Virus record (IMG/VR): IMGVR_UViG_3300021424_000044 | Coordinates: 1-54,408 of that record | Direction: 5' to 3' (one strand) | Length of the DNA: 54,408 nucleotides | Origin: a virus | Taxonomy: Duplodnaviria; Caudoviricetes | Shown: one piece after another, positions 36,901 through 47,100 of the stretch | How the letters are laid out: each line of letters begins with the position of its first letter | Position numbering within the stretch: the first letter of the stretch is position 1 | Notes under the pieces: generated by a model | What the model was told of the DNA's origin: nothing | Databases searched by the model: none | What the model saw: the letters and a program-made list of their open reading frames with translations, nothing else | Made by a program: the position numbers and the translations under genes

Positions 36901-39900
36901 GGAATCTGAATGGCGTGAACTTTTCGATGTTAAAAACCCAATAGCAGAAGACGGAACAAACCAGTCCATATTGGACCATAGGCTGATTATGGGTGGTGTT
37001 GACGACTCCTGGCTCTCAAATGAAATAGAAAATGGCTTCATTCCATTGGTAGAAGTTGTTGGTGAATCCAAACTTCCGAATTCTGTGGCTGCTGAAATAG
37101 TTATACCTGGTGGCGCCATTAGCGAATTTGGCGAGGAAATGAAGGGGAGAAGAATAGAAATCAGAACACATTTCACTGGGGTCATCAAATCCGACGACAA
37201 CCTTGGTTCCTCAGATTCCATTACAAATCCAATTGACAATCAAAGATTGATTGTCGCCGTACCAGAGGGGTATTCGGGCCTTCCCGACTACACGCCAGGA
37301 ACAGACAAAAGCGAAATTGGCTCGATAATTCTTCCCCCTGGGGAAATAGAAATTGTTGGTGTTAGGGATGACGGTGTCGCAATTGGCCGCGTAACGTCGC
37401 AGCGAAGCGCCGACGATATTATCGACGCAAAACGCCAAGAACTTAAAGCATTTGACGACAAAAAAACTGACATTGGCGAAAAAATAACAGTCAGAAAAGC
37501 CATAAATAGGCTTGAAAGACAACAAGAGACCCGCAGACTTTCTGCGCTTCGTTCCGCTGGTAATACCGCTCGCGCATTACCAGATGAAGATAGAACAAAA
37601 CTTCCATCAGCAAAGTCGAGCAAAACACGCGACGTACTTGAGCGCCTCAATGCCGTTGGAATTAAATTTGGCATCAGCAGCAAAAAAGACAGGGAGAGAA
37701 AACGCAAGGAGCGATTGTCCAGGGTTGGCGGAGATAATGCGCGTGTCGGGATGAGCGTTAGAACAGACACGTATGAATTCGAAAGTCCAGAAGAGTCGCA
37801 GGTGAGGGTTTCGAAAAGCATCGATAGGGCTGTAGAACTAATTAAAGAGGGCAAACTTCCTGGACTGGCGCCAGAAGTTGCAGAAATCATGAAGGACAAA
37901 TCCCCAGAAGAAATTAGAGCCATTCTTGTTGCTTCCGCACGTTCGTTTGTCGATGGACTTGATAAGAGACCGCGATTTAGGGTGCGTGGAACAAGGGTCC
38001 GAGACGTAAAGGACGCCAGAGAAATACCGTTACTTGGATTCTTGAAAACTGGTGTTTACAAAACCACCTATGATGCTGACGCAACTGGTGTCGCGGCGGC
38101 ATCCGATGTGGGAAGGAGGGCGGAGTATGAGATTCTGCTTGGTTTACCAGAGGGGGCCGATGAATCCCTGAGGCCAGCACATGGCTTCATGACGCATAGA
38201 GACCAAATTGAGTTTGAGGACGAGTGGGCAAAAGCACAGATTGACGCTGCTGAAAAACGGTCGCCAAACGCCGTTTCGTTTAGAGACCCAAGCGTTATCC
38301 CGCCAGCATCTGGCTCCAATAACAAACTCAAGGATGCTGACGGCAAACTGAGGGCTGTTGACTCATTGCCATATCAGTATGGTGACAGCGAAATAGTGTT
38401 GAGAACCGACGCGGCCAATCGTTCTGTCGGAACAATGGGTGACTCGCTAAATGGCTTTAGGACCCCATTCCAACTTGATGGCTCATCCACCGATGATGAA
38501 TTATTGGAGTCTTTTATTCTCAATAGGGGTTCTGCGGCTGACAAGGGCGATATTACCGCTTCAGAACAAAGACGAATTGCAAACCTGTTGAATGCCGCAG
38601 TCGGCAAAAATCACGCACACACCACCGACTGGACGGAAGATGGTGGGGTTCCACAAAGGGATTATGTAGAAGCAGTTGTTGCTGGTTCTTTTGATATGAG
38701 CGACGTGGAAGAAATAAAAATTTCCAAGGGCTTCCAAGATGCAGAAATAATGCCGTTTGCAAAAGTTGACGCTCAAAATGTCGGGGGTGATGAGGTGGTT
38801 GAATTATTGCAAGACGTACTCCCACAAAAAGATATAGATGAGGTTAAAAAACTTATTTCATCTCCACAAACAGACCCAGACAAAAAGCGCCTTGCTGAGG
38901 ACATTAAGCAATTAATCGCGGCGAGACTCCAGTTGGTAAGAGAAAGAAGTGGCAGAAGGCAAGTGCGCGCACGAGTTGCACAACATTCATCGGATGGCAA
39001 TGTTCCCAAGGTTACTTTCTTGAATCCTGATGGAATAAACATTGATGACCCCAGGACCTTCAAGAGAACAATGGACGCCGTCGGTATGGGCGAAGAGCAC
39101 GAAATAGACGACATCGTCAAATATGCAACCGCAAAAGCCATCCGTGAAAGACTTTCTGGCTCTGGCATTTCTGTTGACGACGATGCATCATTCGCTGCCC
39201 TGAAGCCAAAACCAGTTATATCTGTTGCCAATAATAAACCAGCACTTCGCTCCAGTGGCGCCGCGACACCAAAAACAAGAACGCAAATACTTTCCGAACT
39301 GACAAGTTCGGGGAATAAGCCAGACTATGCCCCAATAGGTTCTCGTTCACTACAGATGATGGACGAGGCAAAAAAGAGGCGAGAAGAACTATCCCAAATA
39401 CTTGATTCGGCAAGAATGATAACCCCCAATTTTGAAGAAGATGAATTGAGCGAAGTTCTCAACATGGCCGACAAGACTTTTGCTTGGGCAGATGAGGAAC
39501 TTATTGCATCCTTAAGACAATTACGAAATCGCCCTGGTCTCTCAGATGCTGGTAGAAAGAAAATTGACCGCGCATTACAAGAACTACAACAAAGAAAAAA
39601 GGAATTTGTTGCAGCGGGTGAACGAGGATTTGTTCCAGGGATTCGCAGAAGCGGCGCCGACAAAAGCCGACGCCTCGCAAGGCGTTCTGAATCTGCCGCT
39701 CGCAGAATGGAATCTGGTGACCCAGCACAAATAGCCCGAGGTTTGAGAGACATTCGCAGCGCAAGAATGAGCGCCGAGGGGAGGGAGAACACCACCCGAA
39801 TCGCCCAAAACCAAGTTATCCGAGGGAGTGGTTCAAGGTCTGCTTTCAGGACAAGGGGTGTTGGCGCCTCACTTCGTTCTTCTGGTGCCACAAGAAGTGT

Positions 39901-40963
39901 GGATGACAAACTTTCCGAAGGGCCAAGAAACCTTCAGTATGGAACAGACTCACAAAATTTGCCGCGCGTGGCGACGGCGGATGAATTGGAAAAGCGATTT
40001 GGGAATTCCACAAAGGCTCACAGAAAATATTTTCGTCAATACGGCGTAAAACTCGTGGGCAACATACCCGATGACCCAGTTGAAAGAGAAACTTACTACG
40101 CGTCTTTGCAAGCGTTGGATGATTTATTTAAAAACGTAGACCATAAACAACTGTTGAAAGGACTCAAATTTAAGGTAAGAGTTAATTCTTTTGTAACAAA
40201 GGGTGGCGAGGGACCATTTGGAGAATTTTCAAGGGTAAAAAGAATATTTGCAGATTATGGAAAAGATAAAATCCAAATGAGCATCTCAACTGACAGAATT
40301 ACCAAAAACGCAAAAGAACTTCACGACGATTCGCTCAGGTATCGTTTTGTTGACCCGATGACAAACCAAATGTTGTCTTCCTTTGTGAACAGACTTTACA
40401 TAAGTCCAGAAAGACTTAAAGGCTCAAATGGCTCCCAAGAAGAAATAGCAAGAAGGCTTGCGTATGCATGTGCAGTTCACGAATTTGGACACTTCCTTGA
40501 TTTTGCAGCGGTCAGAAAGGAAGATAGGACAAGAATGAGGTCCCTTCTTGGTGAAGGAGTATTTGGTGAAAGGGACTTGGCAACCGAAGAACTCGGCGCC
40601 TATAGAACAGCGCGTTTAGTTGAGCAATTGAATCAGATGCCGTCTGTGTCTTCGTACGGAGTATCAAGCCCACAGGAAAAACTCGCAGAGGCGTTCACCG
40701 CCTGGTTCTTGTTTTCCAAACGACCAGATATAGCGATTAATGGCGACCTTTCGCTAAGCGATAAAGAAAGGTCGCAACCAATATCAGGAACAATTGGCGG
40801 ATTTGCCAAACCAGTTGTTGAACTCTTGCTGGAAGAATTGGGACCAAGAGTCAAATCCGCTAAACAAAACAAAAACGATGATGATGATGATGATGATTTG
40901 CCACCACTTGTCGCCATGTACGCCCTGTTTCCGTTTATGATTGAAGATGGTGGAAAAGCGTGA
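33950..40963 (+). CDS. Giant modular protein (2337 aa): two zincin HExxH domains, a DUF3626/ART-like domain and a degenerate VIP2-like ART
   Basis: HELTH (35942-35956) with a later E..AD. HEFGH (40478-40492) with later SSYG...EKLAEAF. RPAHG...YGDSEIVL...GDS...YVEAVVAG is DUF3626-like. Four LRS[S/A]G motifs. Confidence 0.75.
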   Translation: MQERKVLIARVIKSARVLPTSKDTPQERISKFVEAQKQVVAYPFSPELSVKALGQALKNNKDPSADNKEKRKKAESNFTRIGVAVFDPDATPKKGQYFEIRPRKVNQDGQLGDVPNVGWLDPRKTVKPEDLVNQGKKFLASKKGPSVRKVPAKKNPRTGQMEVKALGRTIGRAAGNIGQAAARAAGVLVDADGKFRCPPGVPAANQFTDEVGSNCFDFSPLVARALVKIAEKFGHQMMEKLSKVNNATPFERNDDYQLVLRSSGGRLRGTVLGPEKERLRGTLLGPDGKPIPPTPPPPPATPIEPFDLIERELEIAERDLARIAGSGEIIDPDTYEEKFEEAFRAAYPELTDEEIKSLAKIASERERMRDKLRAEQRSALDLIRSLGIDVDESDPVSVQRGIALALLKMKEMGWDIDLDSYFGEGFSENPERALLAYRNTIANMALDGTLDAVRQGIIHGMSPADLEVLQRKYGSKFEEMLVQGIVDGSNPSEIFPDDEKAQQLLAMGQRSLAKAQQFETGTLLQLINARQENPELTQDIKSIVHVAYDPSDPFFGGMSIDEKGNLQFQMNLGGMLLLHPAASLSDSDSFLYEPTGTAGTEIEKLKRIGEVVSAENRHRLLDSYMGGLTTFAEQISKIRNGEGYMTQSLNDSFGGMALGQFVAFHELTHGRQLSMAREIIKSRNPGMSNSEAMALLGQMIFQGRKFTDSRGVDFDYGTMITDPQVMLTACANMREIVHHLIDNKVGGTYGPSHYYSTFYLNEVMSKANNYSDVSDLRDSLVMRKRELEAAGKNEEDAEYKGLIMAIGRIDGVLASATDDEDALLKMRRQVNEMAQVTYLEMQADLSAAVKFGLIKETPEIKAFLAPLSLGQDLPEIKKNIVPPPPPAPPGPPPTRRDKLRELAGIGKRARKISMMDLRDMVEGIADIDEATDKTGGLSAHDRTLMSAGMASAAKFDSRGSASRWGKQVRDAVLRDMTEKHREVLESEWRELFDVKNPIAEDGTNQSILDHRLIMGGVDDSWLSNEIENGFIPLVEVVGESKLPNSVAAEIVIPGGAISEFGEEMKGRRIEIRTHFTGVIKSDDNLGSSDSITNPIDNQRLIVAVPEGYSGLPDYTPGTDKSEIGSIILPPGEIEIVGVRDDGVAIGRVTSQRSADDIIDAKRQELKAFDDKKTDIGEKITVRKAINRLERQQETRRLSALRSAGNTARALPDEDRTKLPSAKSSKTRDVLERLNAVGIKFGISSKKDRERKRKERLSRVGGDNARVGMSVRTDTYEFESPEESQVRVSKSIDRAVELIKEGKLPGLAPEVAEIMKDKSPEEIRAILVASARSFVDGLDKRPRFRVRGTRVRDVKDAREIPLLGFLKTGVYKTTYDADATGVAAASDVGRRAEYEILLGLPEGADESLRPAHGFMTHRDQIEFEDEWAKAQIDAAEKRSPNAVSFRDPSVIPPASGSNNKLKDADGKLRAVDSLPYQYGDSEIVLRTDAANRSVGTMGDSLNGFRTPFQLDGSSTDDELLESFILNRGSAADKGDITASEQRRIANLLNAAVGKNHAHTTDWTEDGGVPQRDYVEAVVAGSFDMSDVEEIKISKGFQDAEIMPFAKVDAQNVGGDEVVELLQDVLPQKDIDEVKKLISSPQTDPDKKRLAEDIKQLIAARLQLVRERSGRRQVRARVAQHSSDGNVPKVTFLNPDGINIDDPRTFKRTMDAVGMGEEHEIDDIVKYATAKAIRERLSGSGISVDDDASFAALKPKPVISVANNKPALRSSGAATPKTRTQILSELTSSGNKPDYAPIGSRSLQMMDEAKKRREELSQILDSARMITPNFEEDELSEVLNMADKTFAWADEELIASLRQLRNRPGLSDAGRKKIDRALQELQQRKKEFVAAGERGFVPGIRRSGADKSRRLARRSESAARRMESGDPAQIARGLRDIRSARMSAEGRENTTRIAQNQVIRGSGSRSAFRTRGVGASLRSSGATRSVDDKLSEGPRNLQYGTDSQNLPRVATADELEKRFGNSTKAHRKYFRQYGVKLVGNIPDDPVERETYYASLQALDDLFKNVDHKQLLKGLKFKVRVNSFVTKGGEGPFGEFSRVKRIFADYGKDKIQMSISTDRITKNAKELHDDSLRYRFVDPMTNQMLSSFVNRLYISPERLKGSNGSQEEIARRLAYACAVHEFGHFLDFAAVRKEDRTRMRSLLGEGVFGERDLATEELGAYRTARLVEQLNQMPSVSSYGVSSPQEKLAEAFTAWFLFSKRPDIAINGDLSLSDKERSQPISGTIGGFAKPVVELLLEELGPRVKSAKQNKNDDDDDDDLPPLVAMYALFPFMIEDGGKA

Positions 40964-41415
40964 AGTCAATACTTGTTGGAAAACTTGAAAAAACGAAGGT
41001 TTATTACGTCGTTGATTCAATACACAAAAATGCTGACTGCATTCTGGTCGGCCAACTAGGCGATACCAAGGTGACAAATTTCTGGGAATTTATTGACTGG
41101 AATAAAAACATTCAAAAAATAACGAATACTAATTTTCACGATTACCTCTGGAATGGACATCAGTCCAAATCGGGTCCGCACTGGTATTCTGTTTTTGTCG
41201 AGAAATCTTTGCCAGTCGACCAAAATCTTCTTGATGGCACAGTTGTCAATGAGGATGTCTTGAGAAGGCGCCCCAAAGTACTCGAATACGAGAACAGAGC
41301 AATTGACTTCATGGTTTCACTTCAATCACAGGTCCCATCATCGAAGACGATGCAACACTGGGCGACAAGAAGAGTAAATAGGAAAAGAAAAAAGCGTGGC
41401 AAGAATTATGAATGA
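40960..41415 (+). CDS. Hypothetical protein (151 aa)
   Basis: GTGA overlap with the giant ORF stop. AT-richer than its neighbours. Confidence 0.65.
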   Translation: MKSILVGKLEKTKVYYVVDSIHKNADCILVGQLGDTKVTNFWEFIDWNKNIQKITNTNFHDYLWNGHQSKSGPHWYSVFVEKSLPVDQNLLDGTVVNEDVLRRRPKVLEYENRAIDFMVSLQSQVPSSKTMQHWATRRVNRKRKKRGKNYE

Positions 41416-42073
41416 GCGTTACGAATTCAAAGCGCCACAAGATGTCATTTTTGACCTTCCACAGGAAAGAATCACTGGAGATATTCTTCGCGGTTATGGC
41501 CCAAGAAGAGGAAACTTGGAAAGACTTTTGCGCTACTGGCGACCAATCATGCGCAAGCCAGGGGGCTTTAGACGTTGTCGTATTATCCTGGCCGACCATC
41601 CAGAACTGTATCCGTTAAACAACATTTGCGCTTGGCTACACCATGAAACTACAGGACTTTGGCCAAACGAAGGTTGCCATCACCCTGGCATGAAAAATTG
41701 CAAAGGAAAATTAAAGAAAAGAAACTGGACAAATAGGGAGTTTTTGTCTCGACTAAAAAGGCCAATTCGTGCTCCTGGAAAACTTGCGCGAAGCGCGGGC
41801 AAGGACAAGCCGCTTGGGAAGTCTGCCAACTATTTGGAAGTAGACGAGTTTTATTCAGAAAAAGTTTGGCGAGCCACGATTGATGAGGAAGCGCCAATTA
41901 TTACTGGCGGAGACCAAAAGTACGCCATGACTGTTCTTAAGGAATTCATGGATGCAGAGCCAGATTTCGTAAAGTATCTTCGTGACGACAACAACTGGGA
42001 AATAGAGGGCGAAGATGATGCTGGCATGCCAGCAAAGGCTGCTTATATTGCCCAGAAATGTTGTGGTGGATGA
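41408..42073 (+). CDS. Head-cluster protein with Cys/His metal-binding-like domain (~221 aa)
   Basis: LLRYW...PGGFRRC...ICAWLHHETTGLWP pattern, recalled from actinophage head-region proteins. Confidence 0.6.
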   Translation: MNERYEFKAPQDVIFDLPQERITGDILRGYGPRRGNLERLLRYWRPIMRKPGGFRRCRIILADHPELYPLNNICAWLHHETTGLWPNEGCHHPGMKNCKGKLKKRNWTNREFLSRLKRPIRAPGKLARSAGKDKPLGKSANYLEVDEFYSEKVWRATIDEEAPIITGGDQKYAMTVLKEFMDAEPDFVKYLRDDNNWEIEGEDDAGMPAKAAYIAQKCCGG

Positions 42074-44130
42074 TGAGAACAGATAGACGAGCGGTTTCGC
42101 AAATTAGGAAAATAATTGAGAAAAGTGCTTGCTGCCCTGATTCGGACATTGTAAAAACACGCGTTGTTTTTGTTCATGGAGAAACAGCCCCACAAGATGT
42201 AATGCGTTCATACGGCGCATATCGCCAAGAAATCATTTCTTTCAAAGCGCTAATCAAGCGAGGCGGCAGGGGTAGAGACTTTGAGTTCAAGAGAATTGGT
42301 TTAGTTGCCTCCAACAACCCAGTACTTCAAGGTGTTCAGGCGGTTGGCTCCGTCCTTACTCCTGGAAACTTGAGCGTGATAAGAAGCCCAATTCGCTCCG
42401 CAATCGCAAGAACATTGACCCCAGGCGTTCCTGGAATGCCTGGAAGAAATCAATGGAGAGATGGTGTGTCCAGATGTCCAGAGGGTTATCAATATGGCGG
42501 AAGATTTACGGATAATAGATTCTCCACGTGTGGCCAAAAACTTTTTGCACTACCTGGACCACTGGGAGCGGCGATTGGTCTCATCAGAAGACTTGCACGT
42601 GCGGCAAATCCACCAGTTTCAAACGTTTCTTCAACTGTTCTTGGCGCTGGTGATGCGCCAGACAATCTCATTCAATCTCGCGCACCGCAGATTCCAAAGG
42701 TGACAATGTCCAATCCACAAAAGGCATTGGCGGAAGTTAAAAAGTTGGTGAAGCCATTGGGCTCTGTCGATAATCCAGCAGCACGAATGGTTCGTCGCGA
42801 TGGATTTGTTCTTGAGCCAGTTGTGCCGCCATCAGTTTTGAGAACCATTCCAGACAACAGGGACATGGAGGGCGCAACTTACATGTTGAGCGTCGCAAGC
42901 CCTGACCTGATTGGCAAGGACGAACTCGGTCTTTTGTCAAATACTGGAGTGACAAGTCTTAAATACGTTCTGCCTGGCGGTTCTGTTCTTACGTTGGAAA
43001 AACGTCGTCAACTGACCGTTGGCGAAAGAAGAAAACTTGGAAGAACTGTAAATGCGGCAATGGATGCTGACAACTCTCGCGACCCATCGGCGCGTCTAAA
43101 AATGGTCGCACAAGAGACTGGTGAAGGTATCGGATATTCAGAATCGTTTGTCGGTGTTTCGCGACCAAACGAAATTGGCGAAGACGGCAAGCAGCGCTGG
43201 GCAACCCGTGCATTCAAGAAGCGTGTTGCAAAAGCACAAACTGAAGAAAAGCCAGAAGAACAACAGCGCCAGCCAGATTCCGTTTCCCCAATTGGTAAGG
43301 ACATCACGACACTTGCTGGAGCGGTGGCCCATATTCAGCGCGGCGGCTCACTGGTCAACATATCCCCAGACATCTTGCAGCAAGCACTTGCCAAGGTTTC
43401 CGAAATCAAGAAAGACAAGATAAACGACAATCAAACAATGCTGACACTGCCCAATGGTGACCAGTATGTTCAAAAGGCGGCAAAGTCGGATTTCGAGGCA
43501 GTAACTCAACGATTTGTGTCGCAAGTTCAGCAACACATGGGCGTCGAATCACCCAACATCGTATTGGTCGGTACTGGTAATAAACGTTCGTATTTGGTGG
43601 AGGACGCTGCAACCGCCTTGAAAGGTGCAAAAATTGATACAGAGGCTGGGTTTGCCCAGGCGCCGTGGTCAGACGTAATGCGATTGATGGTCGCAGACCT
43701 GTTGACGGATATGGGCAACAGAAACAGCGGCTCAATTGAAATAGCCGACTACAACGGAAAAAAGAAGTTGATTCCAATATCTAATGACGGTGCAGGGTTG
43801 GTTGAATTATCTAATATTTCCATTCGTGAAAGAACACAGGCCCAACTCCGAGACTTAGTCCAGCCTTCCGAATCGCAGTTGTACATCAAGTATTTCAAAG
43901 AGTTGAAGGCACGACAGCGCGCTCAGCAATTGCAATTTCTTGCTACACTTATTCAGCGCGCACGAGCGTTTAATTTGAGTAGTTTTAAATCAAGGCTTTA
44001 CACAGATGGTAAACTTAACTCTGGCGAGAAAATTCACTTGAATATTCTTGAAACCTTGTACACAACCAGACTTGAAAAACTCGTACAGCAAGACTCAGCG
44101 CTACAAGACGTGATTTCGGGAAGACAATGA
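42070..44130 (+). CDS. Head-cluster protein (~686 aa) with CPxG..GRFTD motif and C-terminal degenerate HipA/PI3K-like kinase fold
   Basis: RCPEGYQYGGRFTD..C. YVQK...QHMGVESP...MVADLLTDMGNRNSG...LIPISND. ATGA overlaps at both ends. Confidence 0.65.
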   Translation: MMRTDRRAVSQIRKIIEKSACCPDSDIVKTRVVFVHGETAPQDVMRSYGAYRQEIISFKALIKRGGRGRDFEFKRIGLVASNNPVLQGVQAVGSVLTPGNLSVIRSPIRSAIARTLTPGVPGMPGRNQWRDGVSRCPEGYQYGGRFTDNRFSTCGQKLFALPGPLGAAIGLIRRLARAANPPVSNVSSTVLGAGDAPDNLIQSRAPQIPKVTMSNPQKALAEVKKLVKPLGSVDNPAARMVRRDGFVLEPVVPPSVLRTIPDNRDMEGATYMLSVASPDLIGKDELGLLSNTGVTSLKYVLPGGSVLTLEKRRQLTVGERRKLGRTVNAAMDADNSRDPSARLKMVAQETGEGIGYSESFVGVSRPNEIGEDGKQRWATRAFKKRVAKAQTEEKPEEQQRQPDSVSPIGKDITTLAGAVAHIQRGGSLVNISPDILQQALAKVSEIKKDKINDNQTMLTLPNGDQYVQKAAKSDFEAVTQRFVSQVQQHMGVESPNIVLVGTGNKRSYLVEDAATALKGAKIDTEAGFAQAPWSDVMRLMVADLLTDMGNRNSGSIEIADYNGKKKLIPISNDGAGLVELSNISIRERTQAQLRDLVQPSESQLYIKYFKELKARQRAQQLQFLATLIQRARAFNLSSFKSRLYTDGKLNSGEKIHLNILETLYTTRLEKLVQQDSALQDVISGRQ

Positions 44131-47100
44131 GACAATACGCGGTACTAAAGAATGTGGTTCGCGACGTTAATTTTGGCGTCGTCGTAAAGTCCGATGGAAA
44201 CCTTAAGTTTTTTGGTTGGTCCCAAAAAGCAGTGGAGTGGGCAAACTGGGCAAATTCCAACAATGCCGACCTAAGTCAACTTCCGCCGAATATCTCTGTG
44301 GGTGAATTCAGGGGTATGTCCGACGAGACAATGAAGAGCATTATTCTGAATTCCCAAGATGCCGTCGCTGCTGGTTCGGCAACAATCAGCACCAAGACCT
44401 TGGCCTTTGATTTGGGGCGCGAGCACAACCCAAATGCGTCAAAATTCCCCTCTTTTATTGATTCGCCAATTTCTGGAGACTGGGTCTCAAAGCATAAGTC
44501 AATAAATTTCAAGGCGCATAACTTCAGAAAAGAAGTTGTACAGAATGAACTTGCCCTAAGGGTCCGCATTCACGAATTGGCTTTCAATAACGAGACTAAA
44601 CAATTTGTTTCAAAGCCCAATAAAATTACCGCAACCCACACTCGTTCAGAAATTCAAAAAAAGATGTCGCGCGGTGCGGAGCGAAAATTCGGTAAGCAAA
44701 TTGTTGAATACACGAACAAAGAAATCCTGAAAAACTACGTTGCCCCAACAATCAAGAGAGATACGCTGGGGAAATCCACCAAGGAAATTCTTGATACCTA
44801 TACAAAGGCAAGGCTCGGACGAGCGATTGGACGCGCTGCTGGTAACGCGATTCGCGGAGCAGCGTCAAGCAGGACAGCAAGAGGTGTTGCACGAAGATTT
44901 ATTTCTGGTACTCTCGACCCACGCAAGAGAAGAGACCATGACGGAGACGGGTTGATTTTTGACGGTACATGGCGGGAAATGCCAGACCCCAATAGATTTG
45001 TTTCTGCGCCGCGTGCCAGCGAAACCTCAACGGGCATGTTGATGGAGGGTACTCCTGGTCTTCGACGCCGCGGCGGAATGAACCTTCCAGGTGGTGGCGG
45101 TGTTGGAATTAGAAGTACTGACCCAGAAGAAAATAGGAGAGTAGAAGACAGCCTAAGAGCCCAAGATGAACTGCGACAACAATTTACGGCAGAAGTAGAA
45201 AAAATAGTCAATACACTAAGGGATGCTGGTCTTACTATCGAAAAACCAAAGCGTGGAAAGCGCGAACGAAGACTTTCTGACGGCACTTCCCTAAGAAGTT
45301 CTGGTGCAACCGCGAACGAGCCGCCACGTGCCGCCGCTGCGGTTCAGATGGCGTTTGACACGCGAAATAGTCGCAAAGCATCAAAGATGACGTATGACCC
45401 GCAGACGAATTCTGTTGAAGTCACATATAAAGACGGAAGAATGAAAAGATTTGACAATGTCCCATACGATGAAGCAAGACGCGCTGGGGCCGATGACGCA
45501 ATAGACAGACTCATTACAGACATGGAAACTGGCCGCATAGGCAAGGAATCCAAAGAGCCAATTATGGGCATTCGTTCATCTGGCAGAAGACCCAAACCAG
45601 ACGTTGACATGACAGATATGACGCCAGAAGAAAGAGAAGCGAATAGACCTAGTAGCGTTTCAGAAGATGAGTATCGTCGCCGAATTCGACGTGATGTCGA
45701 CCGAAGTTTGCGCAGGGCCGACGAAGAAGGTTTGCGTTCGTCTGGGAAATATACACGCGGGAACATGTCGCGCCTCACCCCTCAAAGCCAAAGTCGCGTT
45801 GACAACGCAAAAGAAATGCTTGATTCTGGAAGAGTTGACAACGTCAGGCAACTGACGACCCAGGTCGAAGGTCTTGATTTACGTATTTCCAGAAATCAAA
45901 ATTATCTTGATTCGCTAAGGGACACGCTTCGCAGGTTGGGCCCTGGTGACAAGCGCCGCCCAGATACAGAAAAAGATTTTGAACGCGCCGAGCAAGAACT
46001 TGGCGTTGATATGGCGATTCGCGACCTAACTCAGCAAAGACTCAAGAAAATCGACAGGGGCCCAAAGCCAGGTGGTTTGCGCTCTAGTGGTAATCGAAAT
46101 ACTGCAGAAAAACTCCCTGACGAAGGCGGAGAACCTGGTCGCTATGACGACATGCCGAGCGTTGAGGACGCTGTTAAAAAACTTACCTCTGGCGACAGAA
46201 TGTCAGCAGACGAACTCGAATATCTGGAGGAGGTGACGGACAGAATCCTCGATGACCCAGACACACCAGAAAATATTCGGGATTCAATGTTGGATTTGAA
46301 AAATCAAATTGCTGCACGAAGAAAGAATGGCGGCAATACGCTTCGCTCCAGTGGTGGAGGGGGAAGACGACGCGCAACCACGCCAACCCCAGTGGACGTT
46401 GAAGCATATCTCAAAGACTGGTTGGAAAATCGAAATCGCAATCGGCCATATATGCCTGGACAAGATACTGGCCAAAAAACACCTGTCGATGATATCCCAG
46501 ACCTGTCCGACGAAGCGATTCGTGACGAAATCGACAGAATTGAAAATCGTCCTCGCGTATATGACGGCAACGTTACTGCTGCTCGCATGGACGGCGAGCG
46601 CAAGGCGGCGCTGGAAAGAGAATTGCAAAGAAGACGGAGAGGCGGAGGCAGAAGAAAGCCAACTCAAAACACTAAGCGCCCGTTCTCGAGCGAACCAAAA
46701 CCAGAGACCAACAGACCACTTTCGACGGGCAGTAACCAGCGCGTTAGTAACTGGTTGAATTCACCCGAAGGTAGAAGGAGTGTTCAGACCCTTAGGTCAT
46801 CTGGGGCAGGCCGTGAGGAATTTGGGTCGACCGCAACTGGTGGTTTCAAATACCCCAATGCGTCGCAAAGAAAGCGAATATTCAACAGCAAGGAAGACGT
46901 CGACGATTTCATACAGGACCTCAAAGACGATTACGAGGCTCGCCGAAGACGATTAGAACAAGAACTTGGCTTTGAAGATGGCTACTACATGGACGACGAA
47001 GAACTTATTGAAAAGTTCATGGACGACTACGGAATGTCGAGAGGCGAAGCGCGCCAAGAAATGCGCAAATACAGACGTAATTACGACCTTCTAGAAAAAG

